18,304 nt of DNA from contig JABCTC010000058.1 of NCBI GenBank assembly GCA_018238545.1, positions 1-18,304 of the forward strand, given 5' to 3'. The position numbers were made by a program, and so were the translations under genes. This stretch comes from Candidatus Heimdallarchaeota archaeon (GTDB taxonomy: Archaea; Asgardarchaeota; Heimdallarchaeia; Heimdallarchaeales; Heimdallarchaeaceae). A model generated the notes under the pieces. It did not search any database, was not told the origin of the DNA, and saw only the letters and a program-made list of their open reading frames with translations. Positions 1-7,242 of this stretch are shown piece by piece; within the stretch, counting starts at the first letter, position 1; every line of letters starts with the position of its first letter.

Positions 1-85
1 ACTATATGGTGTTTTTCACTTCTTTAATTGTTTCGGCCTCTCTAATACAACAACAGATACAAAACAACATACCGACACATTCAAT

Positions 86-152
86 CATATGTGGCAACAT
101 ATGGTAATATTTATATACATACGTGTGTATTGTGACATAGATAAAAATGAAC
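86..152 (+). promoter_or_regulatory. Archaeal promoter of cassette 1 with flanking palindromes
   Basis: TTTATATA at 110-117 begins 37 nt before the ATG at 147. Inverted repeat CATATGT-GGCA-ACATATG at 86-103. Imperfect palindrome ATACATACGTGTGTAT at 115-130. TATTGTnnnATAGATAAAAATGAAC at 128-152 is shared with 1445-1469. Confidence 0.65.
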
Positions 153-386
153 AAACAAACAAAACAAACTGAATTGGAAGCAACCAAAGAAAAAAATGCT
201 GAAAAAGAACTCCCAGCAAGACATTCAAAGTTGTATAATGTTGAATGTATTGATTGTGAAGAAAAGAAAGATGAAGTTGTGTTTTATAATCCTAGAGAAA
301 AAATAGAAGCACAACTTCGAGCTGGTTATCGATGTAAAGATTGTAGCGATAACAGAAGAGCCTACTACAGAAACAGAAGAAGGTAA
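147..386 (+). CDS. Small zinc-finger protein (CxxC...CxxC), basic C-terminus
   Basis: 79 aa with CIDC and CKDC motifs and an Arg-rich tail (YYRNRRR). Lies directly downstream of a TATA box. Confidence 0.7.
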   Translation: MNKQTKQTELEATKEKNAEKELPARHSKLYNVECIDCEEKKDEVVFYNPREKIEAQLRAGYRCKDCSDNRRAYYRNRRR

Positions 387-391
387 AGAAA

Positions 392-832
392 ATGAACAAA
401 AGAACAATCACTAGAATTGTAAAAGCTCTCTTAGAAGGAAAAGGTATCTCAACAAGAGTCCAGGGTTATTTTTATGACGTTTTTTATGATGAAGACCTTG
501 ATATAGTAGAATTTAGTGGAAGAGGAGCAGCGGATGGAGTTATATCTACAGCAGATCCAAGCAATTATTCTTACGAAATGGGAGGATCTGTTTATCGTGC
601 AGCTCAAAACGCATGTTGGAATGTCGATGAAGAATTTAGAAAGCATATAGCTGCAAAGGAAAAATCTCCTGATTTTTCTGATCTAAAATACAACGGACAA
701 ATTACTCGCTATTTCGATGAAGACAAAAGTGAGTATGACATGGCATGTGCAAATAAAGAAATAAAGAAGGAAACTACTATCTATGTTCTAACTTGGACAA
801 AGGAAGGATACGAGATAGTACATAAATACTAA
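392..832 (+). CDS. Hypothetical protein
   Basis: 146-aa ORF starting 5 bp after the preceding stop, with purine-rich coding-like composition. No recognisable motif. Confidence 0.7.
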   Translation: MNKRTITRIVKALLEGKGISTRVQGYFYDVFYDEDLDIVEFSGRGAADGVISTADPSNYSYEMGGSVYRAAQNACWNVDEEFRKHIAAKEKSPDFSDLKYNGQITRYFDEDKSEYDMACANKEIKKETTIYVLTWTKEGYEIVHKY

Positions 833-881
833 AACTTTGAAAAAATTTAAAGAAGAAAACAAAAGGAGAATTGAGTAAGAA

Positions 882-1334
882 ATGAAGAAATTAACAAATA
901 AGAATCTTTTACTTAAAAGCCTGATAGTTGTGATTAGTTTAATTCTTATAAGCTCAAAAGTTTCAGCAATAGGAATAGAAGTAATATCTTTTGCGAGCTA
1001 TGTAGATGAAACAGAAGTTAAGATACAAATAGAAATAAATTTGACTTTGCCTTATACAGTTTATGAGAATGATTCAGAAATCGTAAATGGTACTTTGTTT
1101 GCATATACTCTCACAAATATAACAACAGCTAGAAATTTAACACCAGATGTAGTGATCCAACATTCGCTTTTTATTAATCGAAGTACGGAAGAATACACAG
1201 CTCATACCTGGTTGAACTTTTCATATAGTAATTATCCTGAGATACATGAATTTGGAATGATAGAATCTTTACCTTTATTCATAATTGTTTCAGGGATGGC
1301 AGCAATAATAATTATCAATAGAAGAAAGAAATAA
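882..1334 (+). CDS. Small membrane-anchored surface glycoprotein; single Ig-like domain similar to a repeat of the 1462-aa adhesin
   Basis: N-terminal signal peptide (MKK + hydrophobic + VSA). Seven N-x-S/T sequons. C-terminal PEIHEFG + TM helix + RRKK. Motif YxVY...GTLxA...TxIxTxRxLT...WxNxxYSN is shared with the adhesin region at 13628-13882. Confidence 0.8.
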   Translation: MKKLTNKNLLLKSLIVVISLILISSKVSAIGIEVISFASYVDETEVKIQIEINLTLPYTVYENDSEIVNGTLFAYTLTNITTARNLTPDVVIQHSLFINRSTEEYTAHTWLNFSYSNYPEIHEFGMIESLPLFIIVSGMAAIIIINRRKK

Positions 1335-1372
1335 TCTTTTTTCCCCTTTTCCCCTTTTTTTAGAATCGCTTA
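1332..1372 (+). repeat. 41-bp direct repeat copy 1 (stop codon plus oligo-T/C terminator-like tract)
   Basis: TAATCTTTTTTCCCCTTTTCCCCTTTTTTTAGAATCGCTTA is identical to 2142-2182 and begins exactly at the TAA stop of the upstream gene. Confidence 0.95.
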
Positions 1373-1420
1373 TTTTTCTTCAATGAAACACCAACCCTTT
1401 TAAAGTATGTTCCCGACAAC

Positions 1421-1469
1421 ACAAAGTTTATAAAGGTTTGTTCCTATTGTAGTATAGATAAAAATGAAC
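1421..1469 (+). promoter_or_regulatory. Archaeal promoter (BRE + TATA) of cassette 2
   Basis: ACAAAG followed by TTTATAAA at 1427-1434, beginning 37 nt before the ATG at 1464. 1445-1469 matches 128-152 at 22/25 positions. Confidence 0.7.
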
Positions 1470-2144
1470 GCTCAAAAAGAACTCGTGAAAAAAATGGATG
1501 TAAAACAAATAATTGAATTGCAAAGAAGTTTAAGTGAGTATAAATTTTTTGCAGAAGATCAAAACTTCTTCTTTTTCTTTGAAGAAGATTATGACCTAAT
1601 GTATTCAGTTGAAAAAGAATTAATTGAAAAAGAATACTCTCTAGAAGAATATAGAGAAGTTATTCTAGAGAAAATCAAGCTGATTGATTATAATACAGCA
1701 ATGAAAGCTAGAGCAATAGTAGAAGAACTAACAGACTTTTACACTAACACTGAAGTGAAGAATATTACAAAAGCAGCAGCACTAAAAATTAGAACTGCCA
1801 TTGCTGCTTCTTTAGGAAATAGAAGATATTTCTCACAATCAGGAAGCCATGCGATATTGAACCCATTATCCTCCCCAAAATATACCTGGTGGGGAGACAT
1901 GTACTGGGATGGCTCAGGCGAGGAGCCTCTGGTGTTTCATATTAACTTCTATAAAGAGCAGAGAAGAATACCAACGGTCTCTCAAATTCGAGAGATTGAA
2001 TACGTTCTCTATCCTAGTGGAAATTATTCTTTTAATGATCTTGCTATCTCGAACTTCAAAGATTCTGAAACTGTTCTAAAAATGATGAAAGAAGAAACCG
2101 ATATAAGAATCTTTCAAGAGATAACACAACTAGAAATGGGCTAA
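1464..2144 (+). CDS. Hypothetical protein (acidic N-terminal region)
   Basis: 226-aa ORF with its own promoter and terminator-like repeat. No recognisable family. Confidence 0.75.
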   Translation: MNAQKELVKKMDVKQIIELQRSLSEYKFFAEDQNFFFFFEEDYDLMYSVEKELIEKEYSLEEYREVILEKIKLIDYNTAMKARAIVEELTDFYTNTEVKNITKAAALKIRTAIAASLGNRRYFSQSGSHAILNPLSSPKYTWWGDMYWDGSGEEPLVFHINFYKEQRRIPTVSQIREIEYVLYPSGNYSFNDLAISNFKDSETVLKMMKEETDIRIFQEITQLEMG

Positions 2145-2182
2145 TCTTTTTTCCCCTTTTCCCCTTTTTTTAGAATCGCTTA
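2142..2182 (+). repeat. 41-bp direct repeat copy 2 (stop codon plus terminator-like tract)
   Basis: Identical to 1332-1372 and again starts at the TAA of the upstream gene. Confidence 0.95.
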
Positions 2183-2317
2183 AAACGGTTCAGTTTATGA
2201 ATAATGCTGTTTTCAGCCTTTTTTAAGAAAAAACGGAGTTCATACGCTAACGCTAAGAAGTTTTTCTCTGTTGATGAATAGTGGAGTATATGACCTTTTT
2301 TGACTTTTCATACTTAT

Positions 2318-2345
2318 CCGACTTACAATACTTTTATATACTTTA
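2318..2345 (+). promoter_or_regulatory. Putative TATA promoter of the ibrAB operon
   Basis: TTTTATATA at 2332-2340, about 41 nt upstream of the ATG at 2374. Preceded by CCGAC-N9, as in the promoter at 1413-1434. Confidence 0.55.
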
Positions 2346-2373
2346 TTTAATAATATCAGAATCAGGGAATAAA

Positions 2374-2601
2374 ATGGCTAAAAAAAGTAGAACACAATTA
2401 ATGAAGGAAGCTATTACAGAAAAAATAGCTGAATTAGAAAAGGAGGGGGTAGAATACGTTTGTGATATATCAAACGCTAAAAATCCAAAATCAGATATAT
2501 ATATAATTAAAAGAGTAGCTTATGAAGAAGAAAAAAGATTTTGGTTAACTGTAACAGGGTTATATGAGTTGCTTGTTTTGAATGTCAATCCCTTTGAGTG
2601 A
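2374..2601 (+). CDS. Small hypothetical protein, first gene of the ibrAB operon
   Basis: Start reassigned from 2281 (GTG) to the ATG at 2374 (MAKKSRTQLMKEAI...), because the upstream extension runs through the TATA box. 75 aa, ending 6 bp before ibrA. Confidence 0.65.
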   Translation: MAKKSRTQLMKEAITEKIAELEKEGVEYVCDISNAKNPKSDIYIIKRVAYEEEKRFWLTVTGLYELLVLNVNPFE

Positions 2602-2607
2602 AAAAGA

Positions 2608-3879
2608 ATGAGTACTAAACAATATCTTGAAAAAAACGTTTATGATGCAACGAAAGAAAGATTAGAAGAGATATTCAAAAATTTTCGGAAAATATACGTT
2701 TCTTTTTCAGGAGGGAAAGATTCATCAATTTTATTACAGATGGTAGTAGAGTTCGCTCAACAATACAAAAAGAAGATAGGAGCGTTATTTGTGGATTTAG
2801 AAGGACAGTATAGAGCTACAATAACTCACGTAGAAGAAATGATGCTTAATAATGAGTTTATAGAACCTTACTGGGTTGCTTTACCAATCAATCTTAGGAA
2901 TGCTGTGAGTGTTTATCAATCACAGTGGCAATGTTGGAATCCAGCAAAAAAAGATAAGTGGGTGAGAGAGATGCCAAAATATGATTGTGTAATAAACTCT
3001 GAAGATTTTTTTCCCTTTTTTGAATATGGGATGGAGTTTGAGGAGTTTGTACCAAAATTTGGTGAGTGGTATGCTCAAGGAGAGAAAACTGCTTGTTTAG
3101 TAGCTATAAGAAGTGATGAAAGCCTAAATCGTTTTAGAACTATTAAAAACGAGAGAAAAGAGAGATATAAAGATAAGGGTTATTCTACAAAAGTTAGTAC
3201 AAACGTTTACAACTTCTATCCGATTTATGATTGGAAAACAGAAGATATATGGACAGCAGTAGGTCAACAAGAGTATAAATATAACAAAATCTACGATCTG
3301 ATGTATCAACAAGGAACGTCAATTCATAAAGCAAGATTATGTCAACCCTTTGGAGATGACCAAAGACAAGGACTAGAACTCTTCAGATATATTGAACCTG
3401 AAACATGGGTTAAAATAGTTGATAGAGTTGCAGGAGTAAATTATGGTAATCTCTATGCTAACACTTATTTGATGGGAAGAATGAAAACAATACTTCCTGA
3501 AGGGCATAGCTGGAAAACTTATACAGAATTTCTTTTAGAAACTTTACCTAAATATGAAGCTGAATGGTATAAACAGAAGTTCGAGGTCTTTTTTACCTGG
3601 TGGGCTAAACATCACAACTATTTCTATTACAAATATGATGAACAACAAAAAGACTACAAATCAGAAATGAATGAATATCATAAATTAAACAAAGGTTTTC
3701 CAAAAAAAATAGTAGACAAAGCTGAGAGAAAACTAGAAAGTAAAAGAGAACTGCCTTCTTGGAGAAGATTAGCAGAAGTAATAATAAAGAACGATAAATT
3801 GTGTAAAAGACTCTCTTTTGCAGGAACAAAAAGTCAATTTGAAAAATATAACCAAATGAGGGATATATATGGATATTAA
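2608..3879 (+). CDS. ibrA: IbrA/YbdN-like PAPS-reductase-family (PP-loop) protein with DUF3440 domain
   Basis: SFSGGKDS PP-loop. Further IbrA/YbdN-type motifs: LPINLRNAVS...WQCWNP, IRSDESLNRFRTI, YPIYDWKTEDIW, RLCQPFGDDQRQGL, PSWRR...KND..CKRLSF. Adjacent ParB-like partner. Confidence 0.92.
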   Translation: MSTKQYLEKNVYDATKERLEEIFKNFRKIYVSFSGGKDSSILLQMVVEFAQQYKKKIGALFVDLEGQYRATITHVEEMMLNNEFIEPYWVALPINLRNAVSVYQSQWQCWNPAKKDKWVREMPKYDCVINSEDFFPFFEYGMEFEEFVPKFGEWYAQGEKTACLVAIRSDESLNRFRTIKNERKERYKDKGYSTKVSTNVYNFYPIYDWKTEDIWTAVGQQEYKYNKIYDLMYQQGTSIHKARLCQPFGDDQRQGLELFRYIEPETWVKIVDRVAGVNYGNLYANTYLMGRMKTILPEGHSWKTYTEFLLETLPKYEAEWYKQKFEVFFTWWAKHHNYFYYKYDEQQKDYKSEMNEYHKLNKGFPKKIVDKAERKLESKRELPSWRRLAEVIIKNDKLCKRLSFAGTKSQFEKYNQMRDIYGY

Positions 3880-4495
3880 AGAGATAAAAAAGAATATAAA
3901 GAAAGAATTAGCAAAAATTGTTACAATAACAGATCTGCAAGTAAGTGAAAAAATATTGTTATTAAATGAGTTAAGAGAAATGATACAAGAGATAAGTCCA
4001 TTTGATGAGCCTGTTGATCTCGTAAGATGGGTCCCTTCAGAACTTGTTATAGCAAATGAGTATAACCCAAATAGAGTAGCGCCTCCTGAAATGAAATTAT
4101 TGGAGGTTTCTATTGATCAAGATGGATATACTCAACCTATAGTGACATTCAAAGAAGATGGCCATTATACTGTAGTAGATGGTTTTCATAGAAACAGAGT
4201 AGGAAAAGAATGTGAAGGAATAAAAGAAAAAATACATAGCCATCTTCCGATAGTAGTTATTGACAAACCATTGACAGATCGTATGGCTGCAACAATCAGA
4301 CACAACAGAGCAAGAGGAACACATGCCGTTGCTCCAATGAGCAAAGTTATAGAAGAGCTGTATTTTCTAGGATGGTCAGATAAGAAGATATCTGAACAAC
4401 TAGGAATGGAAAAAGATGAGGTGTTGAGATTGAAACAATTCACAGGTTTAGGCAATCTTTTCAAAAACAGAGAATATTCTAAAGCTTGGGAATAA
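3869..4495 (+). CDS. ibrB: IbrB/YbdM-like ParB/Sulfiredoxin-domain protein
   Basis: Motifs ANEYNPNRVAPPEMKLL, DGYTQPIV, VVDGFHR, RMAATIRHNRARGTH, LGMEKDEVLRLKQ and terminal SKAWE. Overlaps the ibrA stop by 11 bp. Confidence 0.93.
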   Translation: MDIKEIKKNIKKELAKIVTITDLQVSEKILLLNELREMIQEISPFDEPVDLVRWVPSELVIANEYNPNRVAPPEMKLLEVSIDQDGYTQPIVTFKEDGHYTVVDGFHRNRVGKECEGIKEKIHSHLPIVVIDKPLTDRMAATIRHNRARGTHAVAPMSKVIEELYFLGWSDKKISEQLGMEKDEVLRLKQFTGLGNLFKNREYSKAWE

Positions 4496-4502
4496 TTCCT
4501 AA

Positions 4503-5192
4503 TTATTTTTCTTTATGTTTCCAATAGAGAAAGTTATCTGTTTGATCTAAATGGTCAAATTCAGGGTCAAAGAAAGTCACAAAACGAGCATATTCCCAGC
4601 CCCACATTTTAGCTTCTTGCGCATAAGTAGAAGGATAAGGAAGGAAATGAGCAACAATGTAAGCCCAAATATCCAACCATGTCCACTCTCGTAAAGGAAA
4701 GGCATTATAGACTCTTTTTTGAGAATCAAGTTCTAATAATTTAGCTGCACGTCTTTTTCTTTTTCCACTTTCTTCTTTTCGTAAACCGATTAAACACAGA
4801 TTTATAGAGTTGTTTTTTTGGTATCTTTCTAATGCAGCAAAGAAAGACCTGTACCCTGCTCCCTTTGATTCGTTTGTTGTAACCCTTTTATCAATATGTA
4901 ATTGCTTAGAAGTAAGCTTAAAGTGTTCCTTAAGAATTGTTAAAACTTCCTTTTCAATCTTTCTAGGCATGTAAACACCATAATCCCAATGCCAAACCCT
5001 TATGGAAGGAGAAATTTTCAAGCATAAATCTAACATTACAAGGGAGTCTTTTCCTCCTGAAACACTTACAGAAGGATTAGAGAAACGAGAGAAAAGCTCG
5101 CTCAATTCTAGTTTTGTTGAATGAAGTTTGTGAGCATATTCATCATTCGTTGCTGCATGAACACGAAAAAGTTCCTTTGTCTTTTCATTCAT
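4503..5192 (-). CDS. cysH: Type IV-B CRISPR-associated CysH-like PAPS-reductase-family protein
   Basis: SVSGGKDSLVML PP-loop, IGLRKEESGKR, and FPLREWTWLDIWAYI. Last gene of the csf operon. Start reassigned to 5192 (MNEKTKELF), overlapping the csf3 stop. Lacks the C-terminal ECGLH-type catalytic Cys of true reductases. Confidence 0.88.
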   Translation of the reverse strand: MNEKTKELFRVHAATNDEYAHKLHSTKLELSELFSRFSNPSVSVSGGKDSLVMLDLCLKISPSIRVWHWDYGVYMPRKIEKEVLTILKEHFKLTSKQLHIDKRVTTNESKGAGYRSFFAALERYQKNNSINLCLIGLRKEESGKRKRRAAKLLELDSQKRVYNAFPLREWTWLDIWAYIVAHFLPYPSTYAQEAKMWGWEYARFVTFFDPEFDHLDQTDNFLYWKHKEK

Positions 5193-5964
5193 TTGAAACA
5201 ACCTCAGTAAAGGGAGGAACACAATAAGTATGATTCTGTTTTTCCCAATAAGGAGGACGATAAGAAAGAAAAGCATACTCGGAAGGAAGGAGATTCAGGT
5301 GTTGGAGAACATAATTAGCTGGAAGGGGCTTAGTTGTTTTACTGTTTTTGATAAAAGAATAGTCCTCATCAACTGAAATAATAGAATAGTCTTGAATTCT
5401 TCCATAACCATAAGAACTTTTTTTACCTAAATAGAAGAGCTCAGATAGAAGGGAAGACAATTGTTTCTTATCTCCTTTAGCAAAAAAAGTTACTTCAGGA
5501 GAATAGTTTCCTGCAAACTTAATAGCAAAAGAACGATATATTCCTCCATCTACTCTAATCTTTCTCTTCTTTGTTTGTAAATTCTCTGTAAATCTGTCAT
5601 CAAATCGCTTATAGACTGTTTCACTTGTTATAGCATTTTCATCCGAAACTATTGAAACAGAGGCACGATAAAAAAAGACTTGTTGATCATCAACAACAAA
5701 GTGTTCTTTTTCTAAAGGTACAGGAAGATAAGCATTGAAAGGTATAGGTTGTCTTGTAGGTAGTAGAGAATAATATTCTTGAAAGATTTCTTGAGCCATC
5801 AAATGAGAAATGATTCCATCAAAATGTATCCATGGATAAGTGAGGAGCATAGGAGAGGAAAGAGAAAAAGTTATCTGTAAAGGTTCAAAAAGCCATTTAG
5901 GACTTGTTTCTGAAAACTTTCGCACTTTTTCTCTTAATATTTCTTCTAAAGTCATTTCAATCAT
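5185..5964 (-). CDS. csf3: Type IV CRISPR-associated Csf3 (Cas5 family RAMP)
   Basis: PLQITFSLSSP...HFDGIISH, YRASV, VTFFAKGD, Gly-rich loop LGKKSSYGYGRI, and C-terminal RPPYW. Follows csf2. The start could be 5976, 5964 or 5955. Confidence 0.88.
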   Translation of the reverse strand: MIEMTLEEILREKVRKFSETSPKWLFEPLQITFSLSSPMLLTYPWIHFDGIISHLMAQEIFQEYYSLLPTRQPIPFNAYLPVPLEKEHFVVDDQQVFFYRASVSIVSDENAITSETVYKRFDDRFTENLQTKKRKIRVDGGIYRSFAIKFAGNYSPEVTFFAKGDKKQLSSLLSELFYLGKKSSYGYGRIQDYSIISVDEDYSFIKNSKTTKPLPANYVLQHLNLLPSEYAFLSYRPPYWEKQNHTYCVPPFTEVVSNE

Positions 5965-6796
5965 ACCATGAACCAAGTTTTTCCAAGAGGTTTACAATTT
6001 CCGAGGAATGTTCTTCAATAAATTTCAAATATAGTTTGTTAGGAATAGTTTTATCATAATCTATAGAAAGATGACCAAAACCTGAACTACTTTTCCCTCC
6101 AATATAAGGAAGGTTTTTCCACAGATCTATTAGATGGCCTAAAAAGGAATATTCAAGATCTGTTCCTTTCACTAATACAAAACCATGAAAGAATTTTGTT
6201 CCAGGAATAAATATTTCTATATCTACTTTCATCTGTACAGTGGGGTCATTCTCACTTTTTTCTAATCCGCTGACACCCGCTTCTTCTTTGCGAGTAAAGA
6301 AACTATGATCCAGAAAACTATAAATCTCGTGAGTACAATACTTTTGAAATTCAGAAGGTACGAGTGCTTTTGTTTCAGAGCATAAAGGCAATAACTCATT
6401 AACTTTAAGTTTCCCTGGAAGAACTTGGTTACCATAGCTCATTCCATAAACAGAGATGGGGATTAGAACTTCTTGAATCTTTTTCCTCATCTCTAAATCT
6501 AATTGTCCAGCATTCTTTTTTACAGATTCGAGAACACCTCCAGAAAAAAGAGCATGATACAAACTAGTGTTTTTTAGCGTATAATCTACTCTTTGAAGGA
6601 TATCTTGCATGGCCAATCTTCTTAAGTAACCTCTCACAGCATTTCCACTGACAAAAGGTAGTTCCATCGGTCTACCATCTACGAAAAATTTCTGTCTTCT
6701 TAATAACTGACTTGCACCAGTTTTTTCATTTCCTCCATGATGGATAGGACTCAAAGCTGTTATAATTCCGTTGATTTTTCTAGTTTGTAATTTCAT
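5957..6796 (-). CDS. csf2: Type IV CRISPR-associated Csf2 (Cas7 family backbone)
   Basis: ITALSPIHHGG, LPFVSGNAVRGYLRR, LFSGGVL, NQVLPGKLKV, EIFIPGTKF, and Gly-rich loop IGGKSSSGFG. Confidence 0.93.
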   Translation of the reverse strand: MKLQTRKINGIITALSPIHHGGNEKTGASQLLRRQKFFVDGRPMELPFVSGNAVRGYLRRLAMQDILQRVDYTLKNTSLYHALFSGGVLESVKKNAGQLDLEMRKKIQEVLIPISVYGMSYGNQVLPGKLKVNELLPLCSETKALVPSEFQKYCTHEIYSFLDHSFFTRKEEAGVSGLEKSENDPTVQMKVDIEIFIPGTKFFHGFVLVKGTDLEYSFLGHLIDLWKNLPYIGGKSSSGFGHLSIDYDKTIPNKLYLKFIEEHSSEIVNLLEKLGSWYD

Positions 6797-7242
6797 GATA
6801 ATTTACCTTCTTTGTAAGCTTGATTAAGTAGTTGTGAAAGCTCTATTGCTTTTCTTGAGATGTAAATAGCGTTCTCATCTCTAATTGTTGCAAAAGCTCG
6901 TTTTTTATCTAATTCCAGAGCATCAATAACTGAAGAATGCAAGGAAACATTTTGTAAACTTAATAAATTACAGAGTTTTCCAACAAATTTAGGTATGCTA
7001 TCCTGAACTCCTGCAACCTTGAGTTTATGTTGAAAAACATCTTCTGAGCGAATCTTTGGCGATTTAGCTATTTTTCGCCAATCAGCTCTTAGATAGATTT
7101 TTGCTAAAACATAACTCATATACTTGTATGTTTCAATTCTTTCTCCTTCATCTAAAGGAAAAACTATTTCTTGTTGTTCGACCCAGTGGTCCAATAAAAT
7201 CAGTTCTTTTTTTAATCGTTCATACTCATTTTCATTTAACAA
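6793..7242 (-). CDS. cas11: Type IV-B small subunit (Cas11-like)
   Basis: 149-aa helical-looking protein between csf1 and csf2, the position of the IV-B small subunit. TTG start with GGTGA 6 nt upstream. ATGA overlap with csf2. The call is mainly positional. Confidence 0.7.
   Translation of the reverse strand: MLNENEYERLKKELILLDHWVEQQEIVFPLDEGERIETYKYMSYVLAKIYLRADWRKIAKSPKIRSEDVFQHKLKVAGVQDSIPKFVGKLCNLLSLQNVSLHSSVIDALELDKKRAFATIRDENAIYISRKAIELSQLLNQAYKEGKLS

Noticed and set aside
2-646. Minus-strand ORFs 2-187, 225-407 and 449-646
   Set aside because: Antisense shadows of better-supported plus-strand genes or the promoter, with Phe/Ile/Cys-rich composition typical of reverse-read A-rich DNA.
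1332-2182. 41-bp direct repeats as a CRISPR mini-array for the type IV system
   Set aside because: Only two copies, separated by 769 bp containing a full gene. The sequence is a low-complexity pyrimidine tract tied to stop codons, unlike a CRISPR repeat.
1332-2182. IS/transposon or attL/attR flanking the 226-aa gene
   Set aside because: No transposase or integrase motifs, no terminal inverted repeats, and no tRNA-like sequence.
2281-2373. N-terminal extension of the 106-aa ORF
   Set aside because: It runs through T-tracts and the TATA box. The ATG at 2374 is a better start.
3124-4464. Minus-strand ORFs inside ibrA/ibrB
   Set aside because: Shadows fully within conserved genes.
2608-5192. 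Sulfate assimilation genes or a canonical dnd phosphorothioation operon
   Set aside because: No sat/cysD/cysN/cysC/sulfite reductase and no dndA/B/D/E. The context is ibrB and csf genes.
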